A stretch of 64,000 nt of DNA from Planctomycetota bacterium. Its GTDB lineage: Bacteria; Planctomycetota; J058; J103. Below are positions 9,146-22,064 of the stretch, one piece after another (within the stretch, counting starts at the first letter, position 1; each line of letters starts with the position of its first letter). Position numbers and translations under genes: made by a program. The notes under the pieces are model-generated. The model was not told where the DNA came from, made no database searches, and saw nothing but the letters and a program-made list of their open reading frames with translations. The stretch lies in assembly GCA_026004615.1 (NCBI GenBank), contig BPJM01000005.1:477-64476 (forward strand). Reading direction: 5' to 3'.

Positions 9146-10405
9146 TCACTTCGCGCGCAGCGCGCGGGCGAGCGCCTCGGCGTGGGCGCGCGGCAGGATG
9201 AACCACTGATAGCCGCGCGCCTCGCCGACGTAGGCGGCACGCTCCGGGTCATCGGGCGAGCGCGCCATGCGCAGCTTCTCGCTGGGGTGCTGCGCGGCGC
9301 TGATCGCCCAGATGGTCGCGCGGCTGCCGTCGGCCAGCCGCACCAAAATCTCGCGCGAGCGCAGCAGGCCCGGCCAGCCCGGCGGGTGCAGCGTGTCGTC
9401 CTCGCGCGTGCGCACGCCCTCGATCGTCCAGCCCAGCTCGCGCGCCGCCTCGCGCAGCCGATCGAAGGCGAGGTCGAAGGCGGCCGCATCGGGTTCGATC
9501 GGCAGGGCTCGCACCGGGCTGGCCGCTTGCTCTTCACCGGTGCCGCCGCTGGTGGCGGGCGGCGCCGCGGCAGGTGCAGGGGGCGGGGCGGCGGATTCGC
9601 TGCTCGGGGGCGGCGGTGCCGGCGCGGGCGCGCCGTCCGTCCGGGCGGCGCCTGCTTCTTCGAGCTTGTGCACCAGCTGCTCGAGCCGCTCGATCTGTTC
9701 GCGCAGCCGGCGGCGGTCCTCCTGCTCGGGGGGGAAGTGCGCGGCGAGGCGACCGTCCAGCTCCTGGAGCCGCTCGATGGTCTCCAGCAGTTCGCGTCGC
9801 TTCTGCGTCAGCACCGGGTCACCGCCGGCGGCGGCCGGAGCAGGGCTCGCAGGGGCGCGGGTGAGGGTGGAAGACGGCGCTGGTCCGCTCGCCGGGGTGG
9901 CGAAACCCGCGAGGGCGGGCGCGCCGGCCGGCTGCAGCACCACCGCCAGGTCGGCCAGCCGCAGCTCCGCCGGCTCGAAGTCGCGCGATTCCGGGCGATA
10001 GCCTGCCTTGACCGCCTGCAACCGGAGCCGATCGTGCTTGCCGATCTCCGCCTCGCCGATCAACCGTCCGATGCCTTCGGGCGAACTCCGCTCGGCATAG
10101 CCGAGCTGCACCGGCTCGGCCTCCGGCTCGCCGCCTTGCGCGGCGGGCGGCGGTACCGCGTACAGGGTCAGCACCACCCCGTCGATGGGGATGGGCACCG
10201 GACGGCGCGCGCTCTCGCGCTCGTCGTGGAACCAGATGCCGGGCCTGTCATCCGGCTCGGTCGGCTCGGTGCAGATCGCGCTCACCGAGTAGCTGATCCG
10301 CTGCGTCGAGCTGCAGCCCGCCGCGGCCGCGCCCCACAGCGCCGCCAGTGCTGCAACCGCTGCCGCACCCCCGCGGGCGGGGCGCCCGTTGCTTGTCCCT
10401 CTCAT
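9146..10405 (-). CDS. Hypothetical lipoprotein
   Basis: ATG 10405 lies just after the carB stop. Signal peptide ends in lipobox-like AAGC-SS. Pro/Ala linkers and a short coiled coil follow. Confidence 0.7.
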   Translation of the reverse strand: MRGTSNGRPARGGAAAVAALAALWGAAAAGCSSTQRISYSVSAICTEPTEPDDRPGIWFHDERESARRPVPIPIDGVVLTLYAVPPPAAQGGEPEAEPVQLGYAERSSPEGIGRLIGEAEIGKHDRLRLQAVKAGYRPESRDFEPAELRLADLAVVLQPAGAPALAGFATPASGPAPSSTLTRAPASPAPAAAGGDPVLTQKRRELLETIERLQELDGRLAAHFPPEQEDRRRLREQIERLEQLVHKLEEAGAARTDGAPAPAPPPPSSESAAPPPAPAAAPPATSGGTGEEQAASPVRALPIEPDAAAFDLAFDRLREAARELGWTIEGVRTREDDTLHPPGWPGLLRSREILVRLADGSRATIWAISAAQHPSEKLRMARSPDDPERAAYVGEARGYQWFILPRAHAEALARALRAK

Positions 10406-10410
10406 GCCGT

Positions 10411-13761
<3,351 letters not shown>

Positions 13762-14107
13762 GGCCGGCCACCTCCAATCCCGCTCCGAATGGGCAGGGAA
13801 GACTAGCACACCGGGCCTGTCCGGGCAATCGGGCGGGCGCCGCGGTGCCGCAACCCCATAGAAGAGATGCCCGCTCCTCTCGCCCGGCGGGGGCAGCGGC
13901 AGGCTGCGGGGCGATCGGCGCCGGGGAGCGGTGCGTGTGCCGGCGCGGTGCCGCGCGCTCCCGGCGGCCAGGACGGAAGCTCTATCCTCTCAGTAAGCAA
14001 GGGGTTGCTCTGCCGGCCGTCGTCCGTGCCGGCGCGTCCGGGCCCGGCTCGCCGCGGTGTCGTATCATGCGGGAGGACAGCAGCGGGACAGCCAGCGGAG
14101 GATGGCG

Positions 14108-14473
14108 ATGCGGCCCCGGGACGATCGGCAGGAGGAGCGCTACGAGGTCGAGGGCGAGGTGACCCTCAAGGTGCTCATGACCCGCAGCGAGGACGTACGC
14201 AGCGTGCGCGCGCGGCTGAAGAACGTGGGGATCGGCGGACTGTACGTGGAGACCGACGCCGAGATCCCGGTCGGCACCCTGGCCGATCTCGACCTGCGGC
14301 TGGAAGGGCGGCCGCTCGCCAACACGCTCGGTCTGGTCCGCTGGCTGCGCCCCGGCCAGGGCCTGGGCATCGAGTTCTTTTACTCGACCGAGGAGGAGCG
14401 CGACGCGCTGCGGGCCTACCTGGAGGGCTGGGTCCGCGAGCGCGGGCTCCGGCGCCAGGCCCCGCGCGCCTGA
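14108..14473 (+). CDS. Stand-alone PilZ-domain protein
   Basis: RQEER (RxxxR), NVGIGG (variant of D/NxSxxG), 'GLVRW...GLGIEF'. GGAGG 6 nt upstream of ATG 14108. Confidence 0.85.
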   Translation: MRPRDDRQEERYEVEGEVTLKVLMTRSEDVRSVRARLKNVGIGGLYVETDAEIPVGTLADLDLRLEGRPLANTLGLVRWLRPGQGLGIEFFYSTEEERDALRAYLEGWVRERGLRRQAPRA

Positions 14474-14539
14474 GCCGCTCCGCCGGCGAGCCCGCTGCCG
14501 AGCGCCAACCCGAAGGTCGCATGCGGATACGCGGTTCCC

Positions 14540-15328
14540 ATGCCGAGTTCGCCGGAGCAAGCTGCCCCCCTCTCCGGGCCCGGTTCGCCGTCCGGCGGCA
14601 GGCCCGCGTCCGAGCGCTGGCACCGGCTGTGCGAGCGGCTGGTCGCAGGACTCGCCCACGAGCTGAAAAATCCCCTGCATGCGCTCGCGCTCAGCCTGCA
14701 GCTGATCGAGCACGCGCTCGGCGGCGCGGCGGCCCCGGAACGGCTGCGGCGACTGCTCGCCGGGGCGGGCAGCGAGATCGAGCGGTGTCGCACGGTGCTG
14801 GACGCCGCCGTCGCGCTGGTGCGGCGTCCCCCGCCGCAGCCGCGTCCCATGGACCTGGTGCCGGTGGTGGCGGAACTCGTGCAGGCGCTGTCCCACCCCG
14901 AGCGCGGCCGGGCGGTGCGGCTCGAGCTGCCGCCCGCCGGCTCGCTCCGGGTGCTCGCCGACCCGGAGGCGGTGCGCGAGGCGACCGCGGCGCTGATCGA
15001 GAACGCCCTGGAGGCGCTGCCGGGCGAGAGGGGGGAGGTGCAGGTGCGGCTGTGCGCCTGCCCTGCGCCTGCCGCCGCCGGACGGACGGGAGCGTGGGCA
15101 CGCTGCGAGATCCGCGGGCCGGTGGCGGCGCCGCTGGGCGAGACGGTGCGCGCGCGCGCCTTCGAGCCGTTCTTCACCACCAAGCAAGGCCACCTCGGGC
15201 TCGGGCTCAGCCGCGCCCGGCTCGCGGTGGAGGCGCTCGGCGGCCGCCTCGAGCTGGAGGACGCTGCCGCCGGCACCACGCGTGCCTGGTTCGAGCTGCC
15301 GCTGGTGCAGCAGCCCCAGGGGAGCTGA
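14540..15328 (+). CDS. Sensor-less histidine kinase (HisKA + HATPase_c)
   Basis: H-box LAHELKNPL, N-box LIENA, F-box FEPFFTTK, G2 GLGLS. The G1 DxGxG box is absent. Confidence 0.85.
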   Translation: MPSSPEQAAPLSGPGSPSGGRPASERWHRLCERLVAGLAHELKNPLHALALSLQLIEHALGGAAAPERLRRLLAGAGSEIERCRTVLDAAVALVRRPPPQPRPMDLVPVVAELVQALSHPERGRAVRLELPPAGSLRVLADPEAVREATAALIENALEALPGERGEVQVRLCACPAPAAAGRTGAWARCEIRGPVAAPLGETVRARAFEPFFTTKQGHLGLGLSRARLAVEALGGRLELEDAAAGTTRAWFELPLVQQPQGS

Positions 15329-15347
15329 GCGCGCGGCGGGTGGTGGG

Positions 15348-16169
15348 CTAGCGCCCCTCCCGCGTGATGAGCAGATTGAGCTTGCGCAGCGCCTCGTTCT
15401 CGATCTGGCGCACCCGCTCGCGCGACAGGTTGATGCGCTCGCCGATCTGCTGCAGCGTCATGGGCTCGCCGCCCCCGATCCCGTAGCGCATGCGCAGCAC
15501 CGTTGCGTCCCGCTCCGGCATCTCGTCGAGCAGCTGGCGCAGCCGGCTCACCTCCCAGTTCGCGAAGAACTCCTCTTCGGGGCGGTTCTGCGCATCCGCC
15601 GGCAGGCCCTCGAGCATGGACTCCTGCTCCGAGCCGTCGAGCGAGACCGTTTGCGCGATGGAGTTCGAGGTCCTGAGGGCGCTCTGGAAGATCGGGAACT
15701 TGTCGGCCGAGATCTGGCATTCCCGCGCCAGCTCGTGGATGGACGGCGGGCGGTTGAGCTTCATGGTCATGAAGGCGGCGGTGCGCTTCCAGCGCGCGAT
15801 CTTCGGCGCAAGGTAGCTCGGGATCCGAACCGGCTTGGCGGTGTCCACGAGCGCCCGCTTGATCGACTGGTGAATCCACCAGGTGGCGTAGGTCGAGAAG
15901 CGGCACCCCTCCTCGGAGCGGAAATGGTTCGCGGCCTTGATGAGCCCGAGGTTGCCCTCCTCGATGAGATCGAGCAGCGTCAGGCCTCGCCCCACGTACT
16001 GCTTCGCGATGCTGACCACCAGGCGCAGGTTGCAGCCGATCAGGTACGAGCGCGACTCGGCGCACCCCTCCTTCATCCGGGCGATCAACTCTTGTTCCTG
16101 CTCGCGGGTGAGCAGCGGGAACCGCTTGATCTCCCGGAAGTAGTCCTCGATTCCGTCCTCGCGGTACAT
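15348..16169 (-). CDS. RNA polymerase sigma-70 family factor, RpoD/RpoS-like without region 1.1
   Basis: [57 protein letters not shown]...[17 protein letters not shown]. Confidence 0.95.
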   Translation of the reverse strand: MYREDGIEDYFREIKRFPLLTREQEQELIARMKEGCAESRSYLIGCNLRLVVSIAKQYVGRGLTLLDLIEEGNLGLIKAANHFRSEEGCRFSTYATWWIHQSIKRALVDTAKPVRIPSYLAPKIARWKRTAAFMTMKLNRPPSIHELARECQISADKFPIFQSALRTSNSIAQTVSLDGSEQESMLEGLPADAQNRPEEEFFANWEVSRLRQLLDEMPERDATVLRMRYGIGGGEPMTLQQIGERINLSRERVRQIENEALRKLNLLITREGR

Positions 16170-16511
16170 CCCGGACCTCCCGCTCTCTGCCCCTCTCCGC
16201 AGCCCCGTGCAGCAACTGTCGTGCCTAGCCCAGAGATCGCGCGCGGGCGCGGGCTGCGGGCCCTCGGGCACGCCGTGTCGGAAAGAAATGGCTACATGGT
16301 GATGCCTTTCCGGATCCGTGAGCCGCTGGACGGCAATCCGCGTTCGGCCCGCGCGCGCCGCCGGTGTGTCCTGCCCGCCACGAGCCAGCCGGCTCCTGCC
16401 GGTTTGCGACCGCCGGCGCCGGTTCCCGGACCGCCGCCCGTATACCTCATCGTTCGGACGTGCGGGAGCGCGGGTTGAGAGGGTGAGCCCCGCCGGCCGC
16501 CACCGCGCGCC

Positions 16512-17078
16512 TCAGGCGGCTCCCGCCGGCCTCGGCTCGGGCAGCTGGCCTTCCTCCGGTACCCGCTCCCGCTTGCTCGTGATCTCGCGTGCGATGGCGT
16601 CGAAGACCGCGCTCCGGAACACGATTCCGACGATGCGGCCATCCTCGCGCACCGGCAGACTCTTGATGCGCTCGATGTGCATGAGGTAGGCGAGCTTGAC
16701 GATGGAGTCGCCGGGGTCGACCGCGATGAGCCGGCCTTCGGAGACCACCTCGCGGACCTTGCGCCGCCGCGCCGCGCGCGTCATGTGGAAGAGCACCTCG
16801 TCGAGCGATTGCTGCGGCAGGTCCTGCGCCAGCCAGCGGCTGATGTAGTCGACGAAGTTGGGGTCGCGAAAGACCTGCGGCAGGATCGCGCGGATCACGT
16901 CCGCCTCGGTCAACAGGTGCTGCGGCTCGCCCTGCGCGTCGGTGACCACCAGGCATCGGATGTCGATGTGGCCGGTGTCCAGCGGTCGCTGGAGCAGCTT
17001 CTGCACCGCTTCGACCAGATCGGCATCCTCGCCGATCGTGTCGAACTCGGTGACCATGAGATCGCGCGCTCGCATCAT
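16512..17078 (-). CDS. CBS-domain pair protein
   Basis: RARDLM...; 'IKSLPVREDGRIVGIV.R' is typical of the second CBS domain. Start overlaps the grxD stop (ATGA). Confidence 0.85.
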   Translation of the reverse strand: MMRARDLMVTEFDTIGEDADLVEAVQKLLQRPLDTGHIDIRCLVVTDAQGEPQHLLTEADVIRAILPQVFRDPNFVDYISRWLAQDLPQQSLDEVLFHMTRAARRRKVREVVSEGRLIAVDPGDSIVKLAYLMHIERIKSLPVREDGRIVGIVFRSAVFDAIAREITSKRERVPEEGQLPEPRPAGAA

Positions 17079-17509
17079 GGCGCTCCTCCTTCGGGTGGCA
17101 ACCCCCGATCCGACCGGAGGTCACCGGTTTGCGGGCTCCCGGCGATCGCCGTTGCCTGCTCCGCGGCGCTCCGTTCGGCGGCAGCCCTCGCACCGCGCTC
17201 GGCGAACAGTGGCTCCACCATGCGCTGCAGTTCTCCGCTCTGGTACAGCTCCAACACGATGTCGGAGCCGCCCACCAGCTTGCCACCGATGAAGACCTGC
17301 GGCGTCGTCGGCCACTTCGAGTATTGCACCAGCGCCGGCCGGATGCTCGGGTCGGCCAGCACGTCCACCGTCTCGAACGGCACGCCCAGCTGCTCCAGAA
17401 CCGCCAGCGCCCGCGCCGAGAAACCGCAGCGCGGGAACAGGCGCGTGCCCTTCATGAACAGCACCACCTTGTTCGACGCGACGATCTGCGCGACGTCTTC
17501 GGGCGTCAT
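17075..17509 (-). CDS. grxD: Monothiol glutaredoxin (Grx4 family)
   Basis: VVLFMKGT..FPRCGFS, YSKWPTTPQVFIGGKLVGGSDI. Confidence 0.93.
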   Translation of the reverse strand: MTPEDVAQIVASNKVVLFMKGTRLFPRCGFSARALAVLEQLGVPFETVDVLADPSIRPALVQYSKWPTTPQVFIGGKLVGGSDIVLELYQSGELQRMVEPLFAERGARAAAERSAAEQATAIAGSPQTGDLRSDRGLPPEGGAP

Positions 17510-17591
17510 GGCGCTCCTCCCCGCTCGCCCTGTCCGGCGGTGCGCATCCTAGCACGGCTGCGGTCGGAGGCAAACCGAGGCGCGGTGCGGC

Positions 17592-19214
17592 TCAGCACGT
17601 GGGCGCGCAGCCCGGCTCGGCCAGGCGGGCCAGCAGCACGTCCAGTTCCGCCGCCACCAGATCCAGCACCCCGCCCAGCCGGTGGTCGTCCTCCACCACC
17701 ACCAGGCGCACGTGCCGCCGGCCGGCCGCGAAGCGCTCCACCGTTGCCAGCGGGACGAGGTCGTCGTGCCGCCCGTGGATGACCACCGCCGGGCAGTGCA
17801 CCTCGGGATAGCCCGGGTAGGCGCCTCCCTCCTCCAGCAGCCGCACGCCGATGCGGAGCGGCCCGCCCTCGGGTCCGGGGTGCGGCAGCTCGATCCAGCC
17901 GGTCTGTGCGGCGCGCGCGCGCTCCGCTGCCGGCAGCCACTGCTCGAGCCGGCGCACGAAGTCGAACGCCGGGGCCAGCAGCACCAGAGCGGCGATGCCG
18001 GGATCGCGCGCCGCGAGCAGCGCGGCCAGCCAGCCGCCGAAGCTGGAGCCGACCAGCACCACGGGCCCCTGGGCGCCGAGCCCGGCCAGCCGGCGCACCC
18101 GCTCGACCGCCGCCGCAGCGCGCGCGAGCGCCTCGCCCACCGTCGCGCCCGCGAGCCCCTGCTCGCCGTACAGCTCCGCCAGCTCCACCACCACGCCCCG
18201 CGCGCGCAGCCGCTCCGCGAGGTAGCGTCCCTTGTGCGAGCGCGGCCCGGACAACAGCCCATGCAGGTAGACCACCGCCGGCAGGCGCGCCCGCAGCTCC
18301 TCCTCGTCGGCCGGCGGCAGGCCCAGCCCGAGCGGCACGTGGTAGCCCGGCGCCCGGGTCCAGTGCAGCTTGCAGCGCAGCACCTCGAAGAACGAGCGCT
18401 GGCTGTGCGCCGCCAGCAGGAAGGGACGCGGTGCCCGGCGCACGCCGACGGGCGTGGCGACGTCCAGCGCGCAGCTCTCCTGGCCGTCGACCACCAGCGA
18501 CAGCGCGGGCGCCGCTCGCCGCACCCGGAAGGTCAGCTCCGAGCTGCCCTCCAGCACCAGCGGCCGGTTGGTCAGCGAGTGCGGTGCGATCGGGGTGACG
18601 ATGAGCGCGTTGGCGCCCGGCACCAGCAGTGGCCCGCCGAGGGATAGCGAATAGGCGGTCGAGCCGACCGGGGTCGAGACGACGACGCCGTCCGCGTTGT
18701 AGCGCGTGGCGCGCTCGCCTCCCACGTCCATCTCGATGGAGAGCAGGCGCGCCATCGGTCCCTGGGTGATCACCGCGTCGTTGAGCGCGTAGGTCGGCGG
18801 TCCCTGCCCGCAGCGGCACTCCAGCATGAGGCGTGGCACCAGCCGGAAGCGTGCCAGTTCGCCCTCCAGCCAGGCCCGGATGTCATCCAGGTCGAACTCG
18901 GCGAGAAAGCCGAGCTTGCCGAGGTTGACCCCGATCGTCGGCACGAGCAGCCCCGCGAGCAGCCGCGCCGTGCCGAGGATCGTGCCGTCGCCGCCGACCG
19001 CGATGACGAGATCCGCCGCCGCCGCCGCCTCGCGGGCGGCAGGCCCGCCCTCGGGGTGGAGCGAGGTCGCGATGCCCCGCGCCTGGAGCCGGGCCGCGAT
19101 GTCGGCGGCGAGCGGGTGCGCTTCCGGTTTGAAGCGCGAGGAGACCACGACCGCACGCCGTACCGCCGCCGGTGCGGGGAGCTCGCGCGGCTGCTCGCCC
19201 GGCCACGTATCCAT
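17592..19214 (-). CDS. nadK: NAD(+) kinase fused to a YqiA-like alpha/beta hydrolase
   Basis: N-terminal half has GGDGT, GVNLGKLGFL, ALND, DG.VVSTPVGSTAYSLS.GGP. C-terminal half has YLHG, GSSFGG nucleophile elbow, IHGRHDDLVP and DDHRL. Confidence 0.85.
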   Translation of the reverse strand: MDTWPGEQPRELPAPAAVRRAVVVSSRFKPEAHPLAADIAARLQARGIATSLHPEGGPAAREAAAAADLVIAVGGDGTILGTARLLAGLLVPTIGVNLGKLGFLAEFDLDDIRAWLEGELARFRLVPRLMLECRCGQGPPTYALNDAVITQGPMARLLSIEMDVGGERATRYNADGVVVSTPVGSTAYSLSLGGPLLVPGANALIVTPIAPHSLTNRPLVLEGSSELTFRVRRAAPALSLVVDGQESCALDVATPVGVRRAPRPFLLAAHSQRSFFEVLRCKLHWTRAPGYHVPLGLGLPPADEEELRARLPAVVYLHGLLSGPRSHKGRYLAERLRARGVVVELAELYGEQGLAGATVGEALARAAAAVERVRRLAGLGAQGPVVLVGSSFGGWLAALLAARDPGIAALVLLAPAFDFVRRLEQWLPAAERARAAQTGWIELPHPGPEGGPLRIGVRLLEEGGAYPGYPEVHCPAVVIHGRHDDLVPLATVERFAAGRRHVRLVVVEDDHRLGGVLDLVAAELDVLLARLAEPGCAPTC

Positions 19215-19301
19215 GTCGCGGGCCTCATGCCCCTGGCGGACCGCCACCGGGGTCCGCCGTCGCGATTCTGCCACAAAGGGCTGCCGGCGCACAGGGGCGA
19301 T

Positions 19302-20552
19302 TCACCCGCCGCCGCGCCGCTGGCCGGCCTCCACGGGTCGGGCGGACGCGCGGGGCGGTGGCGCCGCAGGGCCCACCAGCTCCGGTTCCAGCGCCGCCAG
19401 GCCGGCGAGGCTGTGGATGTCGGTCGCGCGCGCGCGCAGCTCGCGGTAGGCCAGTCGCTCGGCCTCTGCCTCTGCCCGCAGCGGCGCCAGATTTCGGCGG
19501 TCGGCGCTCGCCAGCGCGCGGAAGACGCCGAGTGCCGTGACGGCGTCCTCGGCCAGCCGCCGCTCGATGCCGAACGGCGCCAGCGCTGCGGCGAGTTCGG
19601 CCCCGAGGACGCGGCGCTGCTCTTGCTCGGCGAGCCGCTCGAGTTCCGGCAGCTGCTCGCCGAAGCCGGAGCGCACCCGGTTGGCGACGAAGCCCGCCAC
19701 CGGCATACGGTGCGCGCGCAGCTCGCGGTAGAAGTAGTACGCCTCGGCGATCGCATGCCGCGCCGGGCTGCTCACCACGATGAAGGCCGCCGTGCGGTGC
19801 TGGCCCAGCAGCGCCCGCACGTGCCGCGCCCGCTCGCGAAATCCGCCCCACAGCGTCTCCAGCGCAGCGAGGAACTCCGCCAGCGCCTGCAGGAGTTCGC
19901 CGCCGAACAGCCCGCCCAGCCCCGCCAGCACCCGCTCCGCGATCCGGCCGGCGATACCACGGCGTCCGCTCCCGTCCCGCCGGAACGGCGCCGCAAACCA
20001 TCGCACGACCGAGGTGTCGAAGAAACGTGCCAGCCTCTCGGGAGCCTGCAGGAAGTCGAGCGCGTGCCGGGTCGGCGGGGTGTCCAGCACCACCAGATCG
20101 AAGCGCCCGCTCTGGTGCAGCTCGTACAGCTTCTCCATCGCCATGTATTCCTGCGAGCCGGCGAGTTGAGAGCTGACACGCTGGTAGATGGGATTGGCGA
20201 GGATCCGCTCCCTCGTCTGGGGATCCGGTGCATGCCGCTCGATGAGCCGGTCGAAGGTCCGCTTGGTATCGAGCATCATGGCCGAGAGCGAGCCGCCGGG
20301 CGGCAATGCGATGCCGGCAGCCGCCAGGGTTTCGGCCTCGATCGGGACCTCCTCGCTGCCGAACGCGTCCAGCCCGAGCGCATTGGCCAGGCGCCGCGCC
20401 GGATCGATCGTGCAGACCAGGACCCGGCGGCCGCGCCGGGCGGCGGCCAGGGCGAGCGCGGCCGCCACCGTCGTCTTGCCGACGCCCCCCGCTCCCACCA
20501 GCACCAGCACCGCGCGCTCGCGGCACGCCTGTTCGAGGCCCGTCGGGTTCAC
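19302..20552 (-). CDS. ArsA/Get3-family ATPase, subunit B
   Basis: VGAGGVGKTT, TIDPARRLANALG, MLDTKRTFD, GSQEYMAMEKL, VVLDTPPTRHALDFL. GTG start overlaps the upstream stop. Confidence 0.92.
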   Translation of the reverse strand: MNPTGLEQACRERAVLVLVGAGGVGKTTVAAALALAAARRGRRVLVCTIDPARRLANALGLDAFGSEEVPIEAETLAAAGIALPPGGSLSAMMLDTKRTFDRLIERHAPDPQTRERILANPIYQRVSSQLAGSQEYMAMEKLYELHQSGRFDLVVLDTPPTRHALDFLQAPERLARFFDTSVVRWFAAPFRRDGSGRRGIAGRIAERVLAGLGGLFGGELLQALAEFLAALETLWGGFRERARHVRALLGQHRTAAFIVVSSPARHAIAEAYYFYRELRAHRMPVAGFVANRVRSGFGEQLPELERLAEQEQRRVLGAELAAALAPFGIERRLAEDAVTALGVFRALASADRRNLAPLRAEAEAERLAYRELRARATDIHSLAGLAALEPELVGPAAPPPRASARPVEAGQRRGGG

Positions 20553-21577
20553 GGCGCTGCCTCCGGCGCCGCTGCTCCGGCTGTCGCGCGCGGGGCTGGC
20601 ATGGCCTCGGCAAAGCCGCGCTCCAGGGCTGCCGCCACCGCCTCCAGGCTGCGGCGGTCGAAGTCGGCGTCGAGCAGGTAGGGGACGCGGACCTGAGGCA
20701 ACGGCACGCGGGCGGCCAGCTCCTGCAGCAACGCCTGTTGCAGGCTCGCCCGCGCGCACCGCCAGCGCGCGCATGCCCGCAGTGCGTCCAGGGCCGCCGG
20801 CCCTCCGAGCACGGCCGCGGCGGCGCTGCCGAGCGAGGGGTCCTGCTCCAGCCGGGCCGCCAGATGCTCGCAGAACCCGGGGGCGGGCGCCGGCAGCACC
20901 CCGTTGACGAAGCAGACCCCGAGCGGGATCTGCAGCCGCTCGCGCACCGCCGCGTACAGTTCCGCTGCCTCGTTGACCGGCATCTCCTCGGGCAGCGCGC
21001 AGATGTTGAGCACGGTGGCCGCGGGGTCGCGCAGCAGATCGCGGATCGCCTCGGCGTGCGATCGCATGGGCCCGAACAGCGTCTGGGCGGCGACGTCGGC
21101 GATGCCGAGGATGGCGAGGCCATGTCCGGTCGCCGGCGCATCGAGCACGATCGTGTCCCAGCGGGGCCGGCCATCGGGTTCGCGCTCGCCCAGCAGGCGC
21201 CACACCTTGCCGAGGCAGATCAGCTCGCGCAGCCCCGGCCCGGCCTCGTAGAACGTGCGCCACAGCCGCGAGCGCAGGATCTGCTGGTAGACCGCCCGTA
21301 CCCGCACGTGGGTGCGGAAGAAGTCCACCACGACCTGGTCGGGATCGAGGTTGAGCCCCCACAGCCCCTCGGCGAGCGGGCAGAGCTCGTAGCCGACGGG
21401 CGCGGCCAGCCCGAACAGCGCCGCGAACCGGTCCGGGGTGTCGACCTCGACCAGCAGCACCCGCCGGCCGCGGCGTGCCGCCACCAGCCCCAGCGCGGCC
21501 GAGAGCGTGGTGCGGCCGCTGCCACCCTTGCCGCCCTGGATGAGCAGCCGGCGCGCGAGCAGATCCTCGAGCCTCAC
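20549..21577 (-). CDS. ArsA/Get3-family ATPase, subunit A (degenerate Walker A)
   Basis: GGKGGSGRTT, PGLRELICLGKVW, VLDAPATGHG, LPEEMPVNE. Start is uncertain (GTG 21577 or TTG 21616). Confidence 0.88.
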   Translation of the reverse strand: MRLEDLLARRLLIQGGKGGSGRTTLSAALGLVAARRGRRVLLVEVDTPDRFAALFGLAAPVGYELCPLAEGLWGLNLDPDQVVVDFFRTHVRVRAVYQQILRSRLWRTFYEAGPGLRELICLGKVWRLLGEREPDGRPRWDTIVLDAPATGHGLAILGIADVAAQTLFGPMRSHAEAIRDLLRDPAATVLNICALPEEMPVNEAAELYAAVRERLQIPLGVCFVNGVLPAPAPGFCEHLAARLEQDPSLGSAAAAVLGGPAALDALRACARWRCARASLQQALLQELAARVPLPQVRVPYLLDADFDRRSLEAVAAALERGFAEAMPAPRATAGAAAPEAAP

Positions 21578-21641
21578 CGGCTGCTCTCCGGCTCGCCCGC
21601 CCCGCTGCTCTGCCAACTTGCTGCCCGGCTGCGCACGCCCC

Positions 21642-21785
21642 TCAGCGCACGACGCGACCGCGCCGGTTACCGGCGCCGCCGGGCTTGCGCTTGTGCTTGC
21701 GCCCGTGGTGGGACCAGGGCTTGGCGCGGAATCCGTGCTTGCGCTTCCACTTGATCGTCGACCTGCGCCCCTGGTTCTTCTTCAT
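21642..21785 (-). CDS. rpmH: Divergent 50S ribosomal protein bL34
   Basis: 47-aa very basic ORF MKKNQGRRSTIKWKRKHGFRAKPWSHHGRKHKRK... containing the bL34 core KRKHGFR, with its own promoter-like element upstream. Confidence 0.7.
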   Translation of the reverse strand: MKKNQGRRSTIKWKRKHGFRAKPWSHHGRKHKRKPGGAGNRRGRVVR

Positions 21786-21878
21786 GCTCGTCCGCCTCGT
21801 CGTCGTTGCCGCCAGGCCATGGCGAACCGCACCTGCCGCCCGAACCGGTCGCGGGGCGGCGGCGCACAAAACGGCGCG

Positions 21879-21907
21879 AGTGTACCCGGCGCGACGGCTT
21901 CTCGCAA
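21879..21907 (-). promoter_or_regulatory. Putative sigma70 promoter TTGCGA-N17-TACACT for the rpmH-arsA operon
   Basis: Hexamers and 17-nt spacer read directly from the sequence. Confidence 0.5.
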
Positions 21908-22064
21908 GGGCAGTGGCGGTCGCGGGCTCGCTGCCCGCCTCGGCACGGCGCGCGCGGTGCTGACCGCACGGGCGGTGGAAGGGTGCGGCGGGAAGGGGTA
22001 TCGTTCGGGGAGGGGATCGCACGGGTCGCCTCGGTGCGACTTCATCCTGCAGGGGGTGGCGGCG

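Noticed and set aside
16276..16298. TGTCGG...TACAT resembling a PafBC (RecA-NDp) promoter
   Set aside because: The spacing is off by one, the -10 is imperfect, and it points away from the neighbouring minus-strand genes.
19302..21577. Arsenic-resistance operon
   Set aside because: No arsR, arsB, arsC, arsD or acr3 nearby. The motifs fit the split Get3-like pair rather than the fused metalloid-activated ArsA.
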